Assembly: GCA_903901225.1 (NCBI GenBank)
Contig: CAIUQE010000031.1
Span: 28,676-92,675, forward strand
Source of the DNA: Candidatus Omnitrophota bacterium
GTDB lineage: Bacteria; Omnitrophota; Gorgyraeia; Zapsychrales; Fredricksoniimonadaceae
Reading direction: 5' to 3'
DNA length: 64,000 nt
Positions 38,952-46,020 of this stretch are shown here, piece after piece. Position 1 is the first letter of the stretch. Each line of letters begins with the position of its first letter. The notes under the pieces were generated by a model. The model did not search any database. It saw only the letters and a list, made by a program, of their open reading frames with translations, and was not told the DNA's origin. Position numbers and translations under genes: made by a program.

Positions 38952-40177
38952 TGTTCCGTTCGCTGAGGCATGTCAATTTCCGTCTTTTCTTTATCGGGCA
39001 AAGCGTCTCGCTGGTGGGGACGTGGATGCAGATCGTGGCCCTGGGGTGGTTGTCGTACCGCCTGACGCATTCGCCTTTTCTCCTGGGGTGCGTCGCTTTT
39101 GCCGCCCAGATCCCCAGCCTTTTCCTGTCGCCCTTCGCCGGGGTCCTGGCCGACCGTTATGACCGGCGCAACATCCTCATCCTGGCCCAGGCGTTGTGCA
39201 TGGTGCAGGCTTCGGTGCTGGCGTTCCTGGTGCTGAGCCATACCATCACGATCGGGCATATCCTCTGGCTGAGCCTTTTCCTGGGGATCGTCGGCGCTTT
39301 CGAGATGACCGTGCGCCAGTCTTTTCTCGTCGAGCTTGTGGATGACAAGACGAACCTCGCGAACGCCATCGCGCTCAATTCCATGATGTTCAACGCCTCG
39401 CGCCTCGTGGGCCCGGGCATCGCGGGTTTGCTCATTGCCTCGTTTGGTGAGGGGATATGTTTTTTGGTCAACGCGGCCTCTTACATCGCGATCATCGCGG
39501 CGTTAGCGTTCGTGACCGTTGTCCGTCCGGGCGTCGAACGGCCGGCCGGCTTTAAAATAGGGCGTGAATTCAAGGAAGGTTTCCTGTACGCGTTCAGGTC
39601 GCTGCCTATCCGGCTTATGCTAGTATCCGTCGCCGTGTTCAGCATCGCGGGCGCGGTGCTGCAGACGCTCCTGCCGGTCTTTGTGCAGGAAGTTTTCAAG
39701 GGAGGGTCGGGCATGTTCGCTTTCCTGTTGAGCGTTTCCGGTGCCGGGGCTTTGGCGGGGACGATGTTCCTTGCCAGCAAAAGGTCGGTCGACGGGCTGG
39801 CGGGGAATATGGCCATTTGCACGGCGCTCATGGGGGTGGGGCTTGTTGTTTTCGGGGTGATGAAGGTATACTGGGTCGTATGCGCCGCGGCCTTTTTTCT
39901 GGGCGTGGCGATGATGGTCGGCATCGGCGGGGGGAATATCCTCCTGCAGACGCTGGTCGAGGATGGCAAGCGCGGGCGGGTCATGAGCCTTTACGCGATG
40001 GCGCTCATGGGGACCGCGCCGTTCGCGAGCCTTGGCGCCGGCGTGTTCGCCGCGCGCTTCGGTGCTGACGCGGCCTTCGCGGCCATCGGCGTGCTTTCCA
40101 TTATTGGCGCGTTCCTTTTTTCACGGGAACGCGGGCGGTTCCGTCACACCGCGGGAGGAGCCTATGCTTCGATTTGA
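38951..40177 (+). CDS. MFS transporter (EntS/macrolide-efflux-like)
   Basis: About 12 hydrophobic helices. The N-terminus (NFRLFFIGQSVSLVGTWMQIVALGWL) is typical of the EntS/YbdA-like MFS_3 group. A 1-nt overlap couples it to the RND gene. Confidence 0.8.
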   Translation: MFRSLRHVNFRLFFIGQSVSLVGTWMQIVALGWLSYRLTHSPFLLGCVAFAAQIPSLFLSPFAGVLADRYDRRNILILAQALCMVQASVLAFLVLSHTITIGHILWLSLFLGIVGAFEMTVRQSFLVELVDDKTNLANAIALNSMMFNASRLVGPGIAGLLIASFGEGICFLVNAASYIAIIAALAFVTVVRPGVERPAGFKIGREFKEGFLYAFRSLPIRLMLVSVAVFSIAGAVLQTLLPVFVQEVFKGGSGMFAFLLSVSGAGALAGTMFLASKRSVDGLAGNMAICTALMGVGLVVFGVMKVYWVVCAAAFFLGVAMMVGIGGGNILLQTLVEDGKRGRVMSLYAMALMGTAPFASLGAGVFAARFGADAAFAAIGVLSIIGAFLFSRERGRFRHTAGGAYASI

Positions 40178-40841
40178 TATCATCAGTATTTTTCCGGGTG
40201 CCTTTACCGCGGTGCTGGATGAGTCCATCATGAAGCGCGCGCAGGCCAAGAAGAAAGTTTCCTTCCATGTCCACGACCTGCGTTCGTTCTCAAAGGACCC
40301 GCACCGCAAGGTCGACGACCGTCCCTTCGGCGGGGGGCCGGGGATGGTCATGACGCCACAGCCGCTGGTCGACGCGGTCAGGAAGGTCAAGGGCCGGCGC
40401 AAGGCGAAGGTCATTTACATGTGTCCCGGCGGCACGCCCCTGACCCAGGCGAAAGCCAAAGAGCTCGCGCGCGAAAAAAATATCATCCTGGTCTGCGGCC
40501 ATTATGAGGGTATCGACGAGCGCGTTCGCGCGCTTGTTGTGGATGAGAGCCTGTCCATCGGTGACTATGTGCTCACGGGCGGCGAGCTGCCGGCCATGGT
40601 GGTGGTGGATGCCCTCACGCGCCTTGTGCCCGGAGTGCTGGGCAAGGAAGCCTCGCTGGAAGATGAATCGTTCGAGCGGGGGTTGCTGGAATACCCCCAG
40701 TACACACGCCCCGCAGATTTTTGTGGAAATAAAGTACCGCCTGTGTTATTATCCGGCAATCATCAGGCGGTAAAAGAATGGCGGACAGCCCAGGCGCAGG
40801 CGCGCACGAAGAGATTTCGCCCTGATCTGATGGAAAGATAA
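40164..40841 (+). CDS. trmD: tRNA (guanine37-N1)-methyltransferase
   Basis: MLRFDIISIFPGAF..., PFGGGPGMVM and a SPOUT knot region (LVCGHYEGIDERV). Start at ATG 40164 after a GGGAGGA RBS. Overlaps the MFS gene by 14 nt. Confidence 0.9.
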   Translation: MLRFDIISIFPGAFTAVLDESIMKRAQAKKKVSFHVHDLRSFSKDPHRKVDDRPFGGGPGMVMTPQPLVDAVRKVKGRRKAKVIYMCPGGTPLTQAKAKELAREKNIILVCGHYEGIDERVRALVVDESLSIGDYVLTGGELPAMVVVDALTRLVPGVLGKEASLEDESFERGLLEYPQYTRPADFCGNKVPPVLLSGNHQAVKEWRTAQAQARTKRFRPDLMER

Positions 40842-40890
40842 GGGCATTCCCGTCTTGGGGTCTTTCGAAGAATAATTCAAAGGAGAACAT

Positions 40891-41298
40891 ATGGCAGGTC
40901 GTTTAGCGAAACTTAAACTTATCGAAGACAAACAGCTCCGCAAGGACCTTCCGGAATTCAAGGTCGGCGATACCATCAAGATGAAGATCAAGGTTATGGA
41001 AGCGGATAAGATCCGCCTGCATTCCTGGGAAGGCATCGTGATCGCGAGGACCGGTTCCGGCAACAAGGCGGTGTTCACGGTCCGCAAGATCTCCTTCGGT
41101 GAAGGCGTGGAGAAGATGTTCCCGCTCCATTCACCCGTCATCGCGAGCCTCAAGGTCGTCAGCCGCGGCACGGTCGGCCGCGCGAAGCTGTTTTATCTGC
41201 GCGACAAGACAGGTAAAGCGGCGCGTGTTGAAACGGACGCGGTTTCTGAAGCTGATCAGTTGGCGCAGGAAGCTGCGTCGGCGGCAGCTGCGGAATAA
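40891..41298 (+). CDS. rplS: 50S ribosomal protein L19
   Basis: FKVGDTIKMKIKV...EGIVIARTGSGNKAVFTVRKISFGEGVEKMFPLHSP. About 20-aa Ala/Glu-rich C-terminal extension. RBS AAAGGAGA. Confidence 0.95.
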   Translation: MAGRLAKLKLIEDKQLRKDLPEFKVGDTIKMKIKVMEADKIRLHSWEGIVIARTGSGNKAVFTVRKISFGEGVEKMFPLHSPVIASLKVVSRGTVGRAKLFYLRDKTGKAARVETDAVSEADQLAQEAASAAAAE

Positions 41299-41919
41299 GT
41301 GATATCGGGACACACTGAATTATCGGGATTCGACAAAGCGAAAGCCGTTGGCTTTCGCTTTCTTTTTGGGGTGGATGAGGCGGGGCGCGGCCCGCTCGCC
41401 GGCCCTGTTGTCGCGGCGGCGGTCTGCGTCAGGGACCACGCGCTTGGCTGCCGCATCGGCGATTCAAAGCTTTTGACGCATACCCAGCGGGAAAAAGCGT
41501 TCCCCCTGATCCATGCCAAGGCGTTCGTCGGCGTGGGTGTCGTGAGTGAGAAGGTCATTGACGAGATCAATATCCTGCGCGCCGCGCATCTGGCCATGAC
41601 GATCGCGGTCAGGGACCTGTCCGCGCGCTTGACAGCCGCACAGGCCGATGTCAAGGTTTTGGTCGACGGGAATTCGTACCGCGGCGAGATCCCGTACGAG
41701 GTCGAATGCGTGGTCAAGGGTGACAGCAAAAGTTTTGCCATTGCCTGTGCCAGCATCATCGCCAAAGTCACGCGTGACCGCATGATGGATGAATACGACG
41801 CGCTTTACCCCCAGTACGGATTCGCCGCGCACAAGGGATACCCCGTCCCCGCGCACTATGACGCGTTAAGGAAATGTGGCCCAGCCCCCATCCACAGGCG
41901 GTCGTTCCGTTTGGTTTGA
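41299..41919 (+). CDS. rnhB: ribonuclease HII
   Basis: GVDEAGRGPLAGPVVAAAV (DEDD first Asp/Glu) and the catalytic region VVKGDSKSFAIACASIIAK. The start is uncertain. GTG 41299 directly follows the rplS stop but encloses the hairpin above. The next in-frame start, GTG 41371, is immediately downstream of the hairpin. Confidence 0.8.
   Translation: MISGHTELSGFDKAKAVGFRFLFGVDEAGRGPLAGPVVAAAVCVRDHALGCRIGDSKLLTHTQREKAFPLIHAKAFVGVGVVSEKVIDEINILRAAHLAMTIAVRDLSARLTAAQADVKVLVDGNSYRGEIPYEVECVVKGDSKSFAIACASIIAKVTRDRMMDEYDALYPQYGFAAHKGYPVPAHYDALRKCGPAPIHRRSFRLV
41338..41370 (+). terminator. intrinsic terminator-like hairpin after rplS (inside the annotated 5' end of rnhB)
   Basis: Perfect 9-bp stem GCGAAAGCC-gtt-GGCTTTCGC followed by TTTCTTTTT. 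Confidence 0.55.
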
Positions 41920-41943
41920 TCCGTAACAAGAAAAGGAAGACCC

Positions 41944-42303
41944 ATGCGTTCACACAAGCTTGGCAAGGATGGCGAAGCGTTCGCCCTTGAATTCCTGGCG
42001 CGTGAGGGCTATGAGATCATCGAGGCTAATTACCGCTGCAAGACGGGCGAGATCGACCTTGTGGCCCAAGATCATGGGGTGGTGTGCTTTATCGAGGTGA
42101 AATCCCGGCAGGAGGACGGCTGGGACGCGTTCGAAGCGGTCGACCGGCGCAAGCAACGCAAGATAAGGCAAGTGGCGCTGTATTATCTCCTGGATAAATT
42201 CCATACCGAAGATGTCGTCGCCCGGTTCGACGTGCTGGGAGTCCGCCTGACCCGTGAGGGCGCCTTTGAGGCCGAGCTTTTGAAGGACGCGTTCGGGATA
42301 TGA
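41944..42303 (+). CDS. yraN: YraN-family (UPF0102) putative endonuclease
   Basis: 119 aa. GEAFALEFLAREGYEIIEANYRCKTGEIDLVA...FIEVKSR, a restriction-endonuclease-like fold typical of YraN. Conserved next to rnhB. Confidence 0.8.
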   Translation: MRSHKLGKDGEAFALEFLAREGYEIIEANYRCKTGEIDLVAQDHGVVCFIEVKSRQEDGWDAFEAVDRRKQRKIRQVALYYLLDKFHTEDVVARFDVLGVRLTREGAFEAELLKDAFGI

Positions 42304-42325
42304 CCCCGGCGCTCGGCGTCTTTTT
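42284..42325 (+). terminator. possible terminator after yraN
   Basis: GC-rich imperfect inverted repeat (GACGCG...CGGCGTC) followed by TCTTTTTTCC. Confidence 0.3.
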
Positions 42326-42375
42326 TCCTTGAGCCTTAATTCTTTACAGCCCTCCAGAAAATCATTATAATCTCT

Positions 42376-43536
42376 ATGCCAATGCGTATTAAAAAGAATA
42401 TTCCTATATATAGTATTTTGTTTGTATCTCTATTTATTCTACCTGCGAAGGCCATGGCGTACCGCATGGGCGATTTCGAGGTACTGCCTTTCTTTTCCGG
42501 GGCCGGGAAGTACGACACCAACGTCCTTCAGACGAACACCGGCCGGATCAGGGATTATGCCACGGACCTGACCGCCGCTGTCAGCGTTACGCATGAAAGC
42601 AAACAGCAGATGTTCGGGCTGACCGGGTCGCTGTCAGAGGAAATATATGCCCGTGAAAGGTCCTTGAACAATACCTCTGAAAATATCGATCTTTCCTATG
42701 CCCGGCAATTTGACCGCAACACCACGTTCAACGCCGCCAACACGTTCAACCATACCGACACGCCCACGAACTTCGCGGACCAGTTCGGCCGCACGTCGGG
42801 CCGCTACCAGTATTTTTTGAACCGTTTCGGGATGGGGTACGGCTTTGACGTGAGCCGGCAGTTCAGTGTGGCCGCCAATTATGCCAGCGAGATCTATGAC
42901 CCGGCCCTCCGCGGCCTTGCGTCGTCCCTGCAGAATGCCATCAGCCTGCGCGGCGATTACGTCGTGACCTCGACCACCAGCCTGGTGGGTGTTTACGGAT
43001 TTTCCCGCCGAAGCTTTGATCCGGGCGGCAAGGTGACGGCGAACACGTTCGATGGCGGTGTCCGCGAATATTTTTCGTCGAAAACCTACGTTGACCTGCT
43101 CGGGGGGGCAAGCGCCAGCAGCGGGGTTGACGGGAAGAGATCCACCACGCCCCGCTATGAGGCGACGTTGAGCCATGAGATCACCGGCAAGACCCGGGCG
43201 AGCGCTTCATTGACGTGGCGCACGGACACGAATTACAGCAGCAGCGACCTGTTCCGCTCTTCCCGCGCGAGCGTGTCCTTGTCCCATCGTTTTTACAGCC
43301 GCTTGTCGGGCGGCGCGGAGCTGTTCCACGGGCAGGGCAAATACACCGACCTGGGCATCCAGGACAAGTTCAACGGCGCCAGCGGCAATGTTGAGTATGC
43401 CCTTACCCCGGATGCGGATATTTTTGGGAGCAGTACTTATTCAAGGACCAGCTCGAACCTCGCGTCCCGCGCTTACGCGCGCGCCATCGTGTCGTTCTTT
43501 ACGAACATCGCGAGTGGCGAGTCAGGCGACCAATGA
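42376..43536 (+). CDS. predicted outer-membrane beta-barrel protein (possibly exopolysaccharide/exosortase-locus associated)
   Basis: Signal peptide (IYSILFVSLFILPAKAMA). Ser/Thr/Asn/Gly/Tyr-rich alternating pattern with recurrent aromatic-x-aromatic dyads, typical of beta-barrel strands. The 3' end is ambiguous: an overlapping alternative frame runs to 43654 into the insertion scar. Confidence 0.5.
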   Translation: MPMRIKKNIPIYSILFVSLFILPAKAMAYRMGDFEVLPFFSGAGKYDTNVLQTNTGRIRDYATDLTAAVSVTHESKQQMFGLTGSLSEEIYARERSLNNTSENIDLSYARQFDRNTTFNAANTFNHTDTPTNFADQFGRTSGRYQYFLNRFGMGYGFDVSRQFSVAANYASEIYDPALRGLASSLQNAISLRGDYVVTSTTSLVGVYGFSRRSFDPGGKVTANTFDGGVREYFSSKTYVDLLGGASASSGVDGKRSTTPRYEATLSHEITGKTRASASLTWRTDTNYSSSDLFRSSRASVSLSHRFYSRLSGGAELFHGQGKYTDLGIQDKFNGASGNVEYALTPDADIFGSSTYSRTSSNLASRAYARAIVSFFTNIASGESGDQ

Positions 43537-43620
43537 AGACAAGGGTAATAATGTCAAGGTGAGTCCGCGGACGTTCACGGTGCCTTCGGCGACGTTTGAG
43601 TTTATGTTCGAACCTCATTC

Positions 43621-43644
43621 ATTGACGGCGATCGAGCTGGATCG
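43621..43644. repeat. 24-bp direct repeat, copy 1 (ATTGACGGCGATCGAGCTGGATCG)
   Basis: Identical copy at 44688-44711. The pair brackets the aroD segment. Confidence 0.8.
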
Positions 43645-43712
43645 GATGAAATAGAAGTATCATTCATCGCTACAAAATTGCGCGGAGCCACGATTGTCGC
43701 CAGGCTTTCCCA
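43643..43712. repeat. diverged duplicate of the 5' end of the radical-SAM gene (cf. 46013-46072)
   Basis: About 75% identity by eye over ~57 nt. GATGAAATAGAAGTATCATTCATCGCTACAAAATTGCGCGGAGCCACGATTGTCGCC matches GAGTAAATGAAAGCATCCTTTATGGCTACAAAATTGCACGGATCGGTCATTGTCACG. Confidence 0.6.
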
Positions 43713-43875
43713 TGGTTCACCAAGTGGGATGACAATAAATAATGCTTTATTAAGGTTCATGGATGGTATACTTTACCTCAAGTGGTCCTTTGATCGTGGT
43801 GTTTATCAAAATGGCTTGACAAGATGAGTATGGTTTCGATAGGATTATGCCCTTAAAAGGTAAGGAATCCCGCAT

Positions 43876-44625
43876 ATGATGAATTTAGGAAATGTTGTAT
43901 TAGGTGCTGTGCCGCGAATCGTTATTGCTGTTACGGATCAGGATCAGAACAGCACCATTGATCGTTCATGCGCGGATATTCTTGAAGTGCGTGCTGATGA
44001 ATTTCAAGACAGCAGCTTGCCATACGCGCAGGCTCAAATTAAGAGAATTAGTGACGCTGGATTGCCCATGATCTTGACGATAAGAAATGATGCCAAAGAG
44101 GGTGGGCGTAGTGCCGCCATTACAGATGAGCAAAAATATAAAATCTTTGAGTCAGCCATATCGCTGGTTGACGCTCTAGATATTGAGTTGTCGTCCAGGA
44201 TCATTGCCAGGGTGATCAAGTTGGCCAGGGATAACGGTAAAGTTATAATCGTTTCATCTCATGATTTTAAGCAAACAGTTTCAGATGATCAGCTGGAAGA
44301 TTATTTTCAGCGATCCAGAAATGTCGGGGCTGATATTGTTAAGATCGCCATGCAGGCGCATACTAAAGATGACGTTAAGCGTTTAATGGCATTTACTTTG
44401 AAGCATGATGCGGATAATGTTGTAACGGTGTCTTTAGGTAGTGTTGGGTCGATGTCGCGCTTAATGCTACCTGCGATGGGTTCTTTGCTGACGTACAGTT
44501 ATCTCGGTAAAGAATCTGCGCCTGGGCAGATCCATCTTTCCAGATTGCAAGAGGACCTTCGATTTTATTATCCTGAGTACAATGAGTATTTTATCGGGAA
44601 GAATAGTATCCTGGAATGCGTTTAA
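43876..44625 (+). CDS. aroD: type I 3-dehydroquinate dehydratase-like protein (orphan)
   Basis: Type-I DHQase landmarks: ILEVRAD, VSSHDF (catalytic His region) and ADIVKIAMQA (Schiff-base Lys). AT-rich relative to the flanks. RBS AAGGTAAGGAA. Confidence 0.7.
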   Translation: MMNLGNVVLGAVPRIVIAVTDQDQNSTIDRSCADILEVRADEFQDSSLPYAQAQIKRISDAGLPMILTIRNDAKEGGRSAAITDEQKYKIFESAISLVDALDIELSSRIIARVIKLARDNGKVIIVSSHDFKQTVSDDQLEDYFQRSRNVGADIVKIAMQAHTKDDVKRLMAFTLKHDADNVVTVSLGSVGSMSRLMLPAMGSLLTYSYLGKESAPGQIHLSRLQEDLRFYYPEYNEYFIGKNSILECV

Positions 44626-44652
44626 TTTGAGTTGTGAGTTTGAAAGAAATTA

Positions 44653-44690
44653 AAGCCCCATTTCTGAAAAGAGATGGGGCTTTTTTAATT
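44653..44690 (+). terminator. rho-independent terminator after aroD
   Basis: AGCCCCAT-ttctgaaaagag-ATGGGGCT followed by TTTTTT. Confidence 0.8.
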
Positions 44691-44711
44691 GACGGCGATC
44701 GAGCTGGATCG
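44688..44711. repeat. 24-bp direct repeat, copy 2
   Basis: Identical to 43621-43644. Confidence 0.8.
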
Positions 44712-44767
44712 ATATCGCGCTTGATGCTACCTGCGATGGGTCCTTTGTTAACGTACAGTGATCCCGG
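44712..44767 (+). pseudogene. 56-bp degenerate fragment of the aroD 3' region (copy of 44471-44526)
   Basis: ATATCGCGCTTGATGCTACCTGCGATGGGTCCTTTGTTAACGTACAGTGATCCCGG differs from ATGTCGCGCTTAATGCTACCTGCGATGGGTTCTTTGCTGACGTACAGTTATCTCGG at about 8 positions. It is fused directly to repeat copy 2. Confidence 0.7.
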
Positions 44768-44784
44768 ATACACGGATAAGTTTC

Positions 44785-44813
44785 TTGACAACAATAGTTT
44801 ATCCGGATAAACT
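44785..44813 (+). promoter_or_regulatory. promoter with embedded 18-bp perfect palindrome upstream of the DUF4143 ATPase gene
   Basis: TTGACA (44785-44790), 17-nt spacer, TAAACT (44808-44813). The palindrome AGTTTATCCGGATAAACT (44796-44813) spans the spacer and the -10. The ATG at 44823 is only about 10 nt downstream, so the transcript is likely leaderless or nearly so. Confidence 0.5.
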
Positions 44814-44822
44814 TTATTTACT

Positions 44823-45968
44823 ATGGAAATCATCCAACGGCAGTTTAAGCTAGATCTTCCCAACGGTAAGTCCGCGTTCCTTTGGGGGCCGCGTAAGACA
44901 GGCAAAAGTTACTGGATCAAACATCATTTGCCGCAAGCCAAAGTCATCGATCTTTTGAAGACCGATGTGTTTGCGGATTATTCTTCGCGGCCAGCTTTGC
45001 TTAGAGAAAGGTACTACGATCACAAGGGCTTGATCGTGATCGACGAGGTGCAGAAGGTCCCTGCTTTGCTGGATGAGGTCCACTGGATGATCGAGAACCG
45101 GGGGGCCTCTTTTCTTTTGACCGGATCAAGCGCGCGCAAGCTTAAACGTGGCCATGCCAATATGCTTGGGGGACGGGCCTGGCGCAGGTCCATGTGTCCT
45201 TTGTCCTGGAGTGAAATACAGGGGTTTGATCTTGAACGTGTGATGAGGTCCGGGCTTTTGCCCCCGCATATCCTTTCGACAGCTCCGGCCGAGGACCTGA
45301 GGGCTTATATTGCTGACTACCTTAAAGAGGAGATCGCGGCTGAAGCTTTGACGCAAAACATCCCGGCGTTCAATGAATTTTTACGGGTGGCGGCTTTGAC
45401 ATCGAGCGAACTGATCAATTATGTCAATATGGCCCGTGAGACGGGGGTCAAACATAATATCGTGCGCAATTATTTCAGTGTTCTTGAAGATACGCATCTT
45501 GGCCGGAGGCTGGCGCCCTGGAAGAAGTCGGCGAACCGCCGGATGATCCAAACGGAAAAATTTTATCTTTTTGATGTTGGCGTTGCCAACCATCTGGCCG
45601 GCCGGCATCCGCGGCTGGGCAATGCTGACTTTGGAAAATCATTCGAACATTTTATTTTCATGGAGCTTTGCGCTTTTCAGGCTTATCGTTACCCCGATCT
45701 GCCATTGAGCTATTGGCGCACAAGTTCAGGGCAGGAAGTTGATTTTATCCTGGGGGATAAAGAACTTGCCGTCGAGGTCAAGTCTTCCGCGCGGGTACAT
45801 GAAGGCGATACGCGCGTTCTTTCGACGCTTCTTCAAGACGGGCCCGTAAGGCGCGCCTGCATTGTTTCACTGGAAAAGGAGCCGCGGCGGATCTCTCCCG
45901 AAATAACCGCGTTGCCATGGGAGACCTTTCTTGAGAAGCTTTGGGGCAATGAGTTCTTTAAGCAGTGA
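44823..45968 (+). CDS. AAA-family ATPase (AAA_14 / DUF4143 architecture)
   Basis: Walker A LWGPRKTGKS and Walker B LIVIDEVQ. The C-terminal half resembles the DUF4143 restriction-endonuclease-like domain (…FYLFDVGVANHL…). Confidence 0.7.
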   Translation: MEIIQRQFKLDLPNGKSAFLWGPRKTGKSYWIKHHLPQAKVIDLLKTDVFADYSSRPALLRERYYDHKGLIVIDEVQKVPALLDEVHWMIENRGASFLLTGSSARKLKRGHANMLGGRAWRRSMCPLSWSEIQGFDLERVMRSGLLPPHILSTAPAEDLRAYIADYLKEEIAAEALTQNIPAFNEFLRVAALTSSELINYVNMARETGVKHNIVRNYFSVLEDTHLGRRLAPWKKSANRRMIQTEKFYLFDVGVANHLAGRHPRLGNADFGKSFEHFIFMELCAFQAYRYPDLPLSYWRTSSGQEVDFILGDKELAVEVKSSARVHEGDTRVLSTLLQDGPVRRACIVSLEKEPRRISPEITALPWETFLEKLWGNEFFKQ

Positions 45969-46020
45969 GTTAATTGGCTTAGATCAGGCGCATTTTTTAA
46001 CCTGCGTTTCAACGGAGTAA

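Noticed and set aside
43388-43654. 88-aa alternative-frame ORF overlapping the OMP 3' end
   Set aside because: Not called as a separate gene. It may instead reflect a frameshifted or clipped C-terminus of the OMP, as discussed in the findings. There is no independent start signal.
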